From a virus (Duplodnaviria; Heunggongvirae; Uroviricota; Caudoviricetes): DNA of 64,000 nt. Shown here piece by piece: positions 1-9,170 of the stretch. The notes under the pieces were generated by a model, which worked only from the letters and a program-made list of their open reading frames with translations, did no database searches and was not told the origin of the DNA. Positions within the stretch are counted from its first letter, which is position 1. Every line of letters begins with the position of its first letter. The translations under genes and the position numbers were made by a program. Location: positions 1-64,000 of IMG/VR virus record IMGVR_UViG_3300017971_002799; one strand, 5' to 3'.

Positions 1-220
1 CTATCAGCTCGGCCCAAATAGCCACGTAGGGACCTAGGTAGGGAGGTTTGTTTGGTCCTTTATCGCAATGCGGCAGGTGAGGGGAGGGGCCGGTTCGGGT
101 CCAATTTTTAAATATGTAAATTTTTAAGGACCTAGTATCGTACCGTCCGGTGAAATATTTGGGTTTGAAAATTTTTGTGGCGCGTAGGTGGGTTAGGTGA
201 GTGGTTATACAAGTAGGCAT

Positions 221-247
221 GAAAAAAGGGATGCCCGTAGACACCCC
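221..247 (-). terminator. Rho-independent terminator candidate at end of leftward operon
   Basis: On the minus strand a GGGGTG-loop-CATCCC hairpin is followed by a U6 run (A-run 222-227 on plus). It lies just downstream of ORF 289..618. Confidence 0.45.
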
Positions 248-288
248 TTTCTTCTGAGGGAAATGATGTTGGAGAATAAGCGCCTTAC

Positions 289-618
289 TCAGCGTTCCTC
301 CTTTGATATTATGTAACCATGTGAAATAGGTTTTGGGGTCGGCTTCCTTTCTCCTTCTTCTTCCTTTAGTAACTGCATTGTGGCGGAGGAGATGTGTATT
401 GTTGCTAAGTCTAGATCTTTTAGTATAATTTGTTGTTGTGGGTGTAATCTTTTTCTTAACTCAGAGATTTGGGTTACGATTTGTGCAAGTTCCGTCTTTG
501 CTTTTTTTATGTTCCCTAGATAAGCTTCTTTTATGGTATAGCAGAGAGTACAGGATCCATCTTCGTTTGTCACTGTGGCTTTCTGGCATCTAGGACACCA
601 GGAGGTTTCGTTGTTCAT
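289..618 (-). CDS. hypothetical zinc-ribbon protein with coiled-coil
   Basis: ORF track; CPRC...CTLC zinc-ribbon motifs; co-oriented and tightly packed with neighbours. Confidence 0.55.
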   Translation of the reverse strand: MNNETSWCPRCQKATVTNEDGSCTLCYTIKEAYLGNIKKAKTELAQIVTQISELRKRLHPQQQIILKDLDLATIHISSATMQLLKEEEGERKPTPKPISHGYIISKEER

Positions 619-634
619 TTGTTGGTTCCTCCTT

Positions 635-1039
635 TTAGTGGGGGTTCATCATTCGTAGTACATCTATCCCGGTTTTCTTTTTTATCTCCTCGTTTGCAGC
701 TTTTAGGTCTTCTAAGTCCATATTAGGGTTGACGAGGTTGAGGTAGCTCGACAGCACGACACCTCTTTTAGCTTCCCCAATGAAGTCGCCTTCGACAAAC
801 CGTAACACATCACGTTTGTCAATATCCCAGATAAAACTTTCGGACGCTTCGGGCATTTGAATGAAACAGAGATAGCCACTGTCGTCTGTAGCTATGTCCC
901 AGACCGGGAGTAGTTTAAGTCTCATAGCCTCGTTTTGACGTTCGGCTTGCTCCTCAGTTAACAGATAGCAGGATTTGATTTTACGAGTGTGTTCCAACTC
1001 TTTTTTCGTCCAGACCCAACCTTTTATATCGCCTAGCAT
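635..1039 (-). CDS. hypothetical protein
   Basis: ORF track; start lies next to a GGAGG-like SD (aaaggaggaaccataATG on the minus strand). Confidence 0.55.
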   Translation of the reverse strand: MLGDIKGWVWTKKELEHTRKIKSCYLLTEEQAERQNEAMRLKLLPVWDIATDDSGYLCFIQMPEASESFIWDIDKRDVLRFVEGDFIGEAKRGVVLSSYLNLVNPNMDLEDLKAANEEIKKKTGIDVLRMMNPH

Positions 1040-1155
1040 TATGGTTCCTCCTTTAAGACGTTGACTGCTCCAATTAACTCATTCGTAGCTACTTTGAAGG
1101 TGTTGGAGACTCCTGTTATACTGATTTCTACTTGTCCGGGATGCTGTGTCTTCCG

Positions 1156-1568
1156 TTACAACCTCTTCGAGAAGACACTAGCTGCTCCGAGTAATTCGTG
1201 GGTTGAAACTATAACAGATCGGTCACAACCTGTTATGTCTATTTGTATTTGGTCAGCCCTATCTGAACGTAGGGTAAGACTTTCGGTACTACTCGTGATT
1301 AGTGAACTACTATCGTTCTCGAATACTGGAACTAGTAATGGTATTTCAACTTTGATGTTCATTCGCCTCCCTCCTTTGATGGTATGTTTTCGTGGAAGTA
1401 CGTTTGGCCATACATTCGCCCGAAGTTGACGGTTTTACCGATTTCCCTTTGTGTATTAGTCACCTCGTTTGGGGGGATGTTGAATATTTTCGAGGCGGCT
1501 TCTACATGAGGATCAAGGTCTGTTAATGGAGATTCCCCTTCAACAAGGTCGTCAGGATCTATATACAA
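1156..1568 (-). pseudogene. Decayed 3' remnant of a family-A DNA polymerase gene (internally deleted, frame-shifted)
   Basis: ORF 1359..1568 contains YIDPDDL (PolA YIDPLPDL), DPHVEAASKIFNIPPNEV (DIHxxTAxxVFGV) and QREIGKTVNFGRMYG (PolA motif B / O-helix RRxAKxxNFGxxYG). The adjacent frame 1156..1362 contains KVEIPLLVPVFEND (PolA C-terminal VPLLVEVGxGENW). Motif A and motif C are absent. Confidence 0.55.
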
Positions 1569-1984
1569 CTCCTTTCACCTCCTTTTGGTTTATGGATTGG
1601 ACAGATGTAGCCTTCTGGATAGGTTTCGTTCGGGCCTTCACATTGACAGTTAATCTCTTCAGTTTCTGTTTTCTGTTGGTATTCTTTGAATCTTTCGTAA
1701 GCGCAGGCTGAACAGTAGCCGACTAGTGTGGAGGGGGCACCGCAAACCTTACAGGGTGGGCGTTCTTTCTCATCTTGCTCTTTAAAGAAAGCATCTAGTT
1801 GTGTCTCGTTGTCGTACACTTCTTTGTACATTATAGCGTAGCTAACGTTGTTGGTGACATAGGTTTTAAAAGCTTGTTTCCAACCTTCGGTGCGAAGATT
1901 ATCAGAAGCCTGGGACCACTCTTGAAAGCTATTGTAGTCGCTTTCGAGAAGGACTTTGGTCTCAACTCTTACTAGCTTTGACAT
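1559..1984 (-). CDS. hypothetical Cys-rich (zinc-binding) protein
   Basis: ORF track; CKVCG...CSAC...CQCEG...CPIH cysteine clusters. Confidence 0.55.
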   Translation of the reverse strand: MSKLVRVETKVLLESDYNSFQEWSQASDNLRTEGWKQAFKTYVTNNVSYAIMYKEVYDNETQLDAFFKEQDEKERPPCKVCGAPSTLVGYCSACAYERFKEYQQKTETEEINCQCEGPNETYPEGYICPIHKPKGGERSCI

Positions 1985-2297
1985 TGAGCTCCTCCAACAT
2001 TTTATCGATGACTTGAATCGCTTTGAAGACTTGTTTGGGGTCGTTGTTATCTATCCAACAGACAGAAAGTGCTCGTATTCTTTGGGCCACAGCCTCGACG
2101 GGACAATCTATTTCGGGAAACGTTGAACACTCTTTTCCTGTTTGTTGGAAAACATATTCACAACCATAACACTCAACATCTGCCGAGAAGTTTGTATTTC
2201 CGTGGGTACCTACATTGTCTACGTATCTACCTTCAAGGACGTTTATAGCCTGTTGTCGAAGCTTTTTTAGAGTGCTTCTATATGTTAGCTTTTCCAT
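1962..2297 (-). CDS. hypothetical protein
   Basis: ORF track; CYGC...C motif. Confidence 0.5.
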   Translation of the reverse strand: MEKLTYRSTLKKLRQQAINVLEGRYVDNVGTHGNTNFSADVECYGCEYVFQQTGKECSTFPEIDCPVEAVAQRIRALSVCWIDNNDPKQVFKAIQVIDKMLEELNVKASKS

Positions 2298-2542
2298 TAT
2301 ACAAGCTTGTCCTTTAAGGTATTATCCACATTTCCTTTTGTAAGAGCTGAGTTCATAATACTGCGGAGTTCTTCTTTAATCGCTCTTGTTTCGAAAACCC
2401 TTAGATTATATATGTCGCAGTAATCTCTAAAGGTTGTTTCCTCATCGCAGTGAAGGAGATGCCATAATAAAACAGCTTCTTCAGGTTTCTCGAGTGTAAG
2501 TGTTATAGGGTGGTATGTATCGTCTACGAATGCTTTTACCAT
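2297..2542 (-). CDS. hypothetical protein
   Basis: ORF track; start/stop abuts the neighbouring gene (translational coupling). Confidence 0.5.
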   Translation of the reverse strand: MVKAFVDDTYHPITLTLEKPEEAVLLWHLLHCDEETTFRDYCDIYNLRVFETRAIKEELRSIMNSALTKGNVDNTLKDKLV

Positions 2543-2629
2543 TACTCCTCCTTAAGCTCTTCTAGCGCTTCGATGTCGGGGCACCAACTGTCGTCGGGAT
2601 GTACCATACCGCAACGGTCGCATATATAG

Positions 2630-2851
2630 TTACCCATCGGAATTCTCCAACCAGGGATTCCCTATAACTAGCCAGGGATGGACAGTGTTTAGCAATGTGA
2701 AAAACTTCTCTTCCACTTCGGAGTCTTCAAACTCGATGGAGAGTTGATCCCCTTCTGAAACTTGTGCCTTGGTAGCTCCCATCCTTAAAGCTATTGCACA
2801 CCATTTATCTGCTAAGTACTTGTCGTGTTCTCGTCTATTTCTTATAACCAT
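2630..2851 (-). CDS. hypothetical protein
   Basis: ORF track. Confidence 0.4.
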   Translation of the reverse strand: MVIRNRREHDKYLADKWCAIALRMGATKAQVSEGDQLSIEFEDSEVEEKFFTLLNTVHPWLVIGNPWLENSDG

Positions 2852-2861
2852 TGGTATTTCC

Positions 2862-3182
2862 TTATCTGGGTGCGTGTGGAATTGTCATTCCGCGCTTAAG
2901 CATCTCGTCTTTAAGGTCAAAGTAAACCGGAGGAACGGACTGAAAGTAGGATGAGCCTTGATCATTCATTATGCTAAGCGTGAAGTTGTGAACTTTATTC
3001 ATAGCCGCGGAGAGATGGTAACGATTCATTTTGTGAATAGGAATACGTTGACCATTACTTCTTAACCATGTAGGTTTCTCGCGAATCTGTTGAGACTCTA
3101 CTACTTTCATATACTTCGCGAAGTCTTCAGAGTTCATCCTCTGGCGGGCGATCTCGATTGGGTCGACTTTGGATTCATTCAA
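2862..3182 (-). CDS. hypothetical protein
   Basis: ORF track. Confidence 0.5.
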   Translation of the reverse strand: MNESKVDPIEIARQRMNSEDFAKYMKVVESQQIREKPTWLRSNGQRIPIHKMNRYHLSAAMNKVHNFTLSIMNDQGSSYFQSVPPVYFDLKDEMLKRGMTIPHAPR

Positions 3183-3381
3183 AATAACCCTCCTCTCTTA
3201 ACCAGTTAGCAAAGCTTAGGCACTCTTCCTCTGTTTGGAAGATTACTTGAACAGAGTCGTGTATTGGTTTAATTGCTAATGCATTGTACTCAATAGCTTT
3301 CGGTACAATTTGTGAGAGAGCCTCCATTCGTTCTCTGTCAGCAGCTATTTGCACTAAAAGGTTATTACTCACTTCAACCAC
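3175..3381 (-). CDS. hypothetical protein
   Basis: ORF track; overlaps neighbours by a few nt (operon-like). Confidence 0.45.
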   Translation of the reverse strand: MVEVSNNLLVQIAADRERMEALSQIVPKAIEYNALAIKPIHDSVQVIFQTEEECLSFANWLREEGYFE

Positions 3382-3791
3382 TCCAATAGTTCGTTAACAT
3401 ACTCAATAGAGCAGGTTTTGCAATACATGTAGTTAGGGCGAGATGCTCCTCTGTACATCTCTTTAGAGGTTTTTGCTCTGAAGTGCATGCATCTATGGTC
3501 TGCTTGGATTTCCTTCTCGCAGTTACTACAAGGACCTGTTAGATCTTTACCTTTTAATATTACAGCTGCTTTAATCCTTAAAGTGCGAGGGATCTTTCTA
3601 GCTTGCAAAGCCTCTTTCAGGATTTCGAGATCTTTGATCGAGCAGGCTCTGCATGTACGGATGACTCTACCACCTCTGAGCCTTGAGATAAGTGTATATG
3701 ATTTAATGGGTATACGCTGGCCGCATTCAGGACAATCAGTTTCCTTTACTGAGGTGCTCAGATACATCGTTTTCCTCCGAACAGTGATCAC
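3369..3791 (-). CDS. hypothetical multi-zinc-ribbon protein
   Basis: CPECG...CRAC...CSNC...CKTC motifs. Confidence 0.55.
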   Translation of the reverse strand: MITVRRKTMYLSTSVKETDCPECGQRIPIKSYTLISRLRGGRVIRTCRACSIKDLEILKEALQARKIPRTLRIKAAVILKGKDLTGPCSNCEKEIQADHRCMHFRAKTSKEMYRGASRPNYMYCKTCSIEYVNELLEWLK

Positions 3792-3977
3792 ACACTACTT
3801 GTTCAGACTCGTAGTAGTCGAGTTCGAACTCTCTTTTACACGTAAGGCAGTGTCGTATATAATATCTTTCCTCGCGGTAACGTACTATAGGTCTCTCCAT
3901 AAGCATTCCCCCTTCTCTTTATTAAGGTCAAAGCCTCAGTTACAGCCCCCAACGAATTGAGGACTGTAGGCTGGGGT

Positions 3978-4448
3978 TTAGACTTCAGAAAGATCTATGC
4001 GATCTTGCGTCAGCTGCTTGATTTTGTTTAGTGCGTCGATCAGTTGAGTATTCTCATCAGTAAGTCTGGTTACTTCTGATTCCAGATACTCTAGATGATT
4101 TTCGATGCAAACACCGGCAGCATCGTCGATGATGTCTAGAATCTGATTGTCGAGACTATTGTTTACAGGAACGGCCTCGCTTACAGGTTCTTCCTTCGAC
4201 TTCATCAGCTTGGGCTCGTCTTCAATCTTCTGTCCGCAGTTGATATGGATGTGAGCCGTTTTGTAAGAAGTGGCTTTACCACATTTAGCACACTCAAGGT
4301 GTTGACGGGGTTTACCATTCTTCTCGTAGTGTTTGTACATAAGGCGCAGTTCTGGATGCTCCTCATTTATATGTACAAACTTGTCTCTGACGACTTTGCC
4401 GCAGACGGGACATGGACGAGTCTTCTTCTGTACCTCTGACATAATCAC
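3978..4448 (-). CDS. hypothetical zinc-finger / coiled-coil protein
   Basis: CPVCG...CAKCG motifs followed by a C-terminal heptad-like region. Confidence 0.55.
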   Translation of the reverse strand: MIMSEVQKKTRPCPVCGKVVRDKFVHINEEHPELRLMYKHYEKNGKPRQHLECAKCGKATSYKTAHIHINCGQKIEDEPKLMKSKEEPVSEAVPVNNSLDNQILDIIDDAAGVCIENHLEYLESEVTRLTDENTQLIDALNKIKQLTQDRIDLSEV

Positions 4449-4538
4449 CTCCTTTTTTATTTGAGGTCACAACCTCAGGGACAGATCCAACGTGAGCAGG
4501 GAAATGGTTACGTTGGATGTGTCGTCTAAGCTTGTGAT

Positions 4539-4883
4539 CTAACTCGTTTTATTTTTTATAACTCCTTGGCTCGCGAGATAGTCAATAAGCTCCTCTTCCT
4601 TTAGGAGTCTACACCACTCAGGAAAAGGTCTACTGTACGACGAGTAAATTACTCGACGGTCAAGAGAGCACGACGTATGGATCTTGGTCTCTTCTTCTGT
4701 GTAGTGCGGACAAGTCTTACAATCCGTTATCATTATATAACGACGCCCTTTTATTTCGTTAGAGGGTTTGTCTATTTGTATAAACGGTTGTAGACTTTCA
4801 CAGGAGACGCAGAATTGTGCAGGGTTTGCCTCTTCGTGCTCTGAATGTATCCAGCCGCAGGTTGTACATCTAAAATAAGCCAT
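4539..4883 (-). CDS. hypothetical zinc-ribbon protein
   Basis: CTTCG...CVSC...CKTC motifs. Confidence 0.55.
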   Translation of the reverse strand: MAYFRCTTCGWIHSEHEEANPAQFCVSCESLQPFIQIDKPSNEIKGRRYIMITDCKTCPHYTEEETKIHTSCSLDRRVIYSSYSRPFPEWCRLLKEEELIDYLASQGVIKNKTS

Positions 4884-4991
4884 TAGACATACTCTACAAT
4901 GTTTAGCTCGAAGTCTGTAATGCCTTCGCGTTCTTCGTTTGAGGCGATAATGTTTGCTATGACTTCGTCTGCAGCTTCTTCATGGGTTGCC

Positions 4992-5348
4992 TCAAAGGTT
5001 ATCTCGAGATTGTAAGTTATCATTACTCCTCCTTTCGGTGTTTAGCACTTTAGACCCGTGACTTTTTGCATAGTCGAGGAATTCAGGATCAAATCTATTC
5101 TTTTCTTGGAATTTTGTTTTCAGTTCTTCAACGAGTTCTTCTTCGGTTGGTGGTTCAGGTAGGAATTTGATTTTGATTGGGTCAATCTCGCCTATTGTAT
5201 GGTAAGCGACTTGCTCACAAGTTTCACAATGCCAGACAGCGTAGGCGACACCACAATCGATTTGGACAACAGGCCAAATTTCTCTACCATCACAACAAAT
5301 CAGAACTGTCTTCTTATCGGGGTCTCCGCTTCTAACTCGTTCCATCAT
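4992..5348 (-). CDS. hypothetical protein
   Basis: ORF track; CETC motif. Confidence 0.5.
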   Translation of the reverse strand: MMERVRSGDPDKKTVLICCDGREIWPVVQIDCGVAYAVWHCETCEQVAYHTIGEIDPIKIKFLPEPPTEEELVEELKTKFQEKNRFDPEFLDYAKSHGSKVLNTERRSNDNLQSRDNL

Positions 5349-5510
5349 TTTGACGCCTTCAATAGTTCGGTGAGACCCTTTGACTTACGAATGACGTTGT
5401 CAACAGCTTCATCCCTACCATCACTATGGGGTAGGTCATATATGAAGGTAACGTCTTCCGTGATTTCCTTGATTAACATCAAGATTGTACTTTTCCCCAT
5501 ATTGTCCTCC

Positions 5511-5711
5511 TTATTGCTTCATTGATTTGAGCATAGACTTCATCGAGTCACATTTCTCAATAGCAGAGTTAATGGCTCGTATTCGATCTAGTGCGCTTTT
5601 AGCGTTGTCGATGTGTTTCAGGTCCTTCTCGATTTCCTTGAGTATCTCTTTACATATCTCGATGCTAGTCACACCCTTCTCCTTTCGTGTGATCAGGTTT
5701 GACAGACCCAC
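5511..5711 (-). CDS. hypothetical small protein
   Basis: ORF track; coiled-coil-like composition. Confidence 0.4.
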   Translation of the reverse strand: MGLSNLITRKEKGVTSIEICKEILKEIEKDLKHIDNAKSALDRIRAINSAIEKCDSMKSMLKSMKQ

Positions 5712-6195
5712 ACGAAGATCCCCCAGGAGTTACGCAGTAGAGGAAAACCTGTTTATCGAGCTCGTTAGCGAACCGTTGAGCAATTTCTTCTCCACGTTTA
5801 AATCTTCCTATCTCTGGTTGTTCGTCTTTGTATAGGATGTTTAACATATTCCAACCTTGATTAGGAAGATACTCACGCCCTTCTGAGACAACTACAAACG
5901 TCTCGTGTTTGTCTCTAACATCGTAACCCGTGTCCTCGAATAGAGCGTCGGAGTTAGAATGCCAAGGTCCCTTGTGATGTTCAATTGTACCGTCCTCGAG
6001 AGTAAATGAGAGTACAGCTCCGCCGAATCCGAGGTTGGATCCCCCAGTTGGACAGAAGTAAATGTTCTGTGCACAGGCTTCTCGCATTGCCACCATCCAA
6101 GTACCTCGAGACCCTACAAGCTTCCTGTAGACAAGACCTGAGGCGTCTTGTGCCGCGCTCATTGAGTGGTCATGTTGCTTTATAAGTAGATCCAT
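5665..6195 (-). CDS. hypothetical protein
   Basis: ORF track; no family recognised by eye. Confidence 0.5.
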   Translation of the reverse strand: MDLLIKQHDHSMSAAQDASGLVYRKLVGSRGTWMVAMREACAQNIYFCPTGGSNLGFGGAVLSFTLEDGTIEHHKGPWHSNSDALFEDTGYDVRDKHETFVVVSEGREYLPNQGWNMLNILYKDEQPEIGRFKRGEEIAQRFANELDKQVFLYCVTPGGSSCGSVKPDHTKGEGCD

Positions 6196-6207
6196 ATTAA
6201 CTCCTTT

Positions 6208-6471
6208 TTAGTAGTAGATATGTGTATGAGACCAATCACAACCAAATCTACGACAGTAAAAACTTTCGCTGCCAGTTTCGGAATTAGCATAAGACTCACA
6301 TTCCACGTCGTGACCTTTAATCCTGCATAGGGGTTTTGATATAAGAGACATGCCCGCTAACGTAACAGCAAGGCGAACATACTCTAGGAAACTTGGTTTG
6401 TCTGTAGATCTCTCGCCGAAGAAATGCTCTAGTCCTATATCCTGTTTGTACTCACTCCACGAGTAATACAT
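6208..6471 (-). CDS. hypothetical protein
   Basis: ORF track. Confidence 0.45.
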   Translation of the reverse strand: MYYSWSEYKQDIGLEHFFGERSTDKPSFLEYVRLAVTLAGMSLISKPLCRIKGHDVECESYANSETGSESFYCRRFGCDWSHTHIYY

Positions 6472-6572
6472 GAAACGTTACCTCCTTTCTTTTTATTTCA
6501 GTGTTCAACCACTGATTAAGGAGCCGAAGTAGAGAGGGTGAAGAGGCTTCGACTCCATAGATCAGGGGGTGA

Positions 6573-6866
6573 TCATTCCTGTTTTGTTGTAGTACTTCTT
6601 CTTTCTGGGTTGCGGAGATATTCTATTACTCCACTAATCTCTTCGAGTATAGAATTAAGACTGTCTTGAAAGGCGTCACTGCTAGATAGAGCAGGAGCGA
6701 TACAGTCTTTGAGATCAGTATGCAAGCGCAGACGAAAATATTCCTCAACTTCGTCTAGATTCATCTCGAAGGCTATTGAGTGCTTGATTGTAGTTGTATG
6801 CATAAAACCGGCCCAGATTTCTTTCTTTTTTTCTTCAGGGAGATTTTCCCAATCCTTTAGATTCAT
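6573..6866 (-). CDS. hypothetical protein (N-terminus similar to ORF 7510..7839)
   Basis: Its N-terminus MNLKDWENLPEEKKKEIW resembles MEFKDYDSLTEDEKRRVW of ORF 7510..7839. Confidence 0.5.
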   Translation of the reverse strand: MNLKDWENLPEEKKKEIWAGFMHTTTIKHSIAFEMNLDEVEEYFRLRLHTDLKDCIAPALSSSDAFQDSLNSILEEISGVIEYLRNPERRSTTTKQE

Positions 6867-6868
6867 TC

Positions 6869-7135
6869 CTATCCTCCAAAGTGTTGTTCGATGATGTCCG
6901 GAAACACATCAGATAACCAACGAACTTCTCCTTCTGTAAGTCTGCCAGCAGATGCAGGCTTTTCGTTCTGAGAGGCATCGATGAAGGTTCTGTGAAATGA
7001 GACTTTTAGTGGACCGTTATCGTACCGCATAACGGAGACATGGAACTTTGATCGTTCTGACGTTGCTAGACTATCAGACCAGATCTCCACATCTTTATCG
7101 GGGTCGTACTTCGACATGAGTTGGATCCTCCTCAT
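6869..7135 (-). CDS. hypothetical protein
   Basis: ORF track. Confidence 0.5.
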   Translation of the reverse strand: MRRIQLMSKYDPDKDVEIWSDSLATSERSKFHVSVMRYDNGPLKVSFHRTFIDASQNEKPASAGRLTEGEVRWLSDVFPDIIEQHFGG

Positions 7136-7239
7136 CTTTTTTCAGTGCGTAGGACACTGATTATGAGAGCTGGAATGTCACTGCCACACTCCAGCTCCCC
7201 AATCACTATGCTACGAACTCGACGAATCCAAAGTTGGAT

Positions 7240-7362
7240 TTACTCGTCGTCATCACAATCATCGTCGTCGTCGTTATCATCTGGAGGAAGATACGCTTGA
7301 GGTTTTAGACCCCAGCCATTCATCCTTCTAATGGTTTCCTTCTCAAGGGGATGTAGAGCCAT
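7240..7362 (-). CDS. small acidic protein (40 aa, poly-Asp C-terminus)
   Basis: Not in the ORF track. Minus-strand ATG at 7362 sits behind a strong SD (aaaaggaggaaccaatcgaATG). Translation is MALHPLEKETIRRMNGWGLKPQAYLPPDDNDDDDDCDDDE. Confidence 0.45.
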   Translation of the reverse strand: MALHPLEKETIRRMNGWGLKPQAYLPPDDNDDDDDCDDDE

Positions 7363-7420
7363 TCGATTGGTTCCTCCTTTTCGGCTTGTGTTCGGATGTT
7401 TGGGGTTGGATCTTCAAGGC

Positions 7421-7447
7421 AAAAAAAGTACCCGTAGAAACGGGTAC
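7421..7447 (-). terminator. Rho-independent terminator (strong)
   Basis: GTACCCG-TAGAAA-CGGGTAC hairpin, followed on the minus strand by U7 (plus A-run 7421-7427). It lies downstream of ORF 7510..7839. Confidence 0.7.
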
Positions 7448-7509
7448 TTATTACTCTTCTTCAGAGTTTTTAGGTTTCTATATTCAATTGTAAGGCGGTG
7501 ACGGTTAAG

Positions 7510-7839
7510 CTAGGCGGCCATAAGTTCGTCGTAACGATCTTTATGGTTGGCGATCAGCTGAGTCTTAGCACGATTCTTCGCGCTGTTGTCCATCGATTTT
7601 TCCTCAGCTTTCTTGAGGATGTCTTCTTTCTGCTTATCAGTGAAGACAGGACGCTCAACCGTTTTCCGGATCTTAGCCTGGATTTTCTTGAATTCTTCAT
7701 CGAATTCCGAAATCAGTGTTGATATGGCTTGATTCCGCTTTTTGTTTGTTTCCTGTCTCTGCATGGAGGACTTAACGTAGGTATCCCATACCCTTCTTTT
7801 TTCGTCCTCGGTTAGCGAATCATAATCTTTGAATTCCAT
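7510..7839 (-). CDS. hypothetical protein (paralog-like to 6573..6866)
   Basis: ORF track; basic, alpha-helical composition. Confidence 0.55.
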   Translation of the reverse strand: MEFKDYDSLTEDEKRRVWDTYVKSSMQRQETNKKRNQAISTLISEFDEEFKKIQAKIRKTVERPVFTDKQKEDILKKAEEKSMDNSAKNRAKTQLIANHKDRYDELMAA

Positions 7840-7872
7840 TCCTTTTCTCCTTTAAAATAGAGTTTAGACACG

Positions 7873-8079
7873 TCAACCGTTTTTAGAGTTAGCGCATTTA
7901 GGTTCACCTCCCTCAAAATGAAGTAGCTGACTTTCGGGTGCTCGCTCGAAATACAACTTCCAGTTTACCACCCAGTGTTGCATTTCCTCGTGTATGTACC
8001 CACACACGTTGCACACCCTCTCTTCTGTCTTTTTCTCTGCTATGTTCACCCCCTTAACACTTCGATTGAAAAAGAGCAT
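7873..8079 (-). CDS. hypothetical zinc-ribbon protein
   Basis: CNVCG...C motif; promoter-like motif immediately upstream. Confidence 0.5.
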   Translation of the reverse strand: MLFFNRSVKGVNIAEKKTEERVCNVCGYIHEEMQHWVVNWKLYFERAPESQLLHFEGGEPKCANSKNG

Positions 8080-8088
8080 CTCTTCCTC

Positions 8089-8106
8089 TAATTATATTAT
8101 ATAGCA
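8089..8106 (-). promoter_or_regulatory. Conserved promoter-like motif TGCTATATAATATAATTA (copy 1)
   Basis: The minus strand reads TGCTATATAATATAATTAG and contains a TATAAT -10 box. It lies directly upstream of the RBS/ATG of ORF 7873..8079. Near-identical copies occur at 9093..9107 and 53524..53538. Confidence 0.45.
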
Positions 8107-8204
8107 GTTTACTAAATCCCACACGCTTTTTTCCTTTAAGATTTAACTCCAAAGGATTGCAAGTCGAAAGTGAATTTCTGAAAAATGCATCTTTGTATTC
8201 TTCC

Positions 8205-9077
8205 CTAAGCATCATGATTCCCTCTTACAGAAAATCCATTCTTCCGTAAGTATTGAATAAAGGTGTTATACTTTTCGTCGTTAATAAAGCTCCCAGAAAG
8301 TACATGCTCGTATCGGGCCTTATCCCTAACAGCGAGCTTGGATGTGACATCGAAGGCGAATTCGGCGGAATGGACAAAGTCGGATTTTAATACAAACTCG
8401 GATTTTTCGGCGACTTTGGATTTCGTCACGGTTCGAACGTTTTCACAAACCTTACACTCCTCATACCAGGAATCAGGACTAGAAGGCAGGTCTAAGCAGG
8501 GACCCCACTGACAAATGTGGACTTTCACATCTTCATAGCAGTGGCAGTTGAAACAGTAGTAGTGAATTTTGTGAATAGAATAGGGGATTACGTTATTACA
8601 GTGACGACAGAGAATCGGTTGGAGGTTGATCTCTCTGTTGAGCCCGGCGTGGTCTGTGAGCAGTTGGTCTAAGACTTGCATGTTGGTGTAGGACATTTCT
8701 TCTCTCGGCGGATATTTAGTCTTAGATCTCTTCTTCTCCTCTACGTGAGCTTCAAGTGTCTCAAGTACTTTGAGGAACGTCTCCTCCGTGATAACTTTGA
8801 TATCGTATTCATTCCATTTCTCCATAGGCAATTCCTCTTCGGGTAGCTCTTCTAGAAGGTTTAGAAGCTCTCCCTCTGTTATACGAGGTATACCTAGAAC
8901 TATGGCTTTAGCTTCCTTTGATCCAGGCTTCTCACCAACAACGAGATAGTCAGTGTTTCGAGAGACAGAGGAACCAACGAAACCACCTGCTTTTCGTGCT
9001 GCTTCAGAGGCTTGGTTACGAGTGACAGCGAGCTTGCCGGTGAACACAAACACCTTGCCCTCAGCTAGAGTAGCCAT
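8205..9077 (-). CDS. BRCT-domain protein with C-terminal Cys/His-rich region
   Basis: N-terminal [10 protein letters not shown]...[40 protein letters not shown]...[14 protein letters not shown] matches the BRCT fold of NAD-ligase C-termini. The C-terminus has CRHC...CFNCHC...CKVC clusters. Confidence 0.55.
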   Translation of the reverse strand: MATLAEGKVFVFTGKLAVTRNQASEAARKAGGFVGSSVSRNTDYLVVGEKPGSKEAKAIVLGIPRITEGELLNLLEELPEEELPMEKWNEYDIKVITEETFLKVLETLEAHVEEKKRSKTKYPPREEMSYTNMQVLDQLLTDHAGLNREINLQPILCRHCNNVIPYSIHKIHYYCFNCHCYEDVKVHICQWGPCLDLPSSPDSWYEECKVCENVRTVTKSKVAEKSEFVLKSDFVHSAEFAFDVTSKLAVRDKARYEHVLSGSFINDEKYNTFIQYLRKNGFSVRGNHDA

Positions 9078-9092
9078 TCTTATCCCTCATAA

Positions 9093-9107
9093 GTATATTA
9101 TATAGCA
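9093..9107 (-). promoter_or_regulatory. Conserved promoter-like motif (copy 2)
   Basis: The minus strand reads TGCTATATAATATAC. It lies about 20 nt upstream of the GAGGGA RBS and ATG of ORF 8205..9077. Confidence 0.45.
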
Positions 9108-9170
9108 TCTTTCGAAAAATGTCAACCTGATAGCATACGCATTTTTTAATTTTTTATGGAATACTTTTTC

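Noticed and set aside
1061-1429. Plus-strand 122-aa ORF overlapping minus-strand genes
   Set aside because: It is antisense to the polymerase-remnant region in an all-minus block, has low-complexity composition and no RBS. I treat it as a shadow ORF.
3487-3960. Plus-strand 157-aa ORF
   Set aside because: Lies fully inside the minus-strand genes 3369..3791 and 3978..4448. It is a shadow frame.
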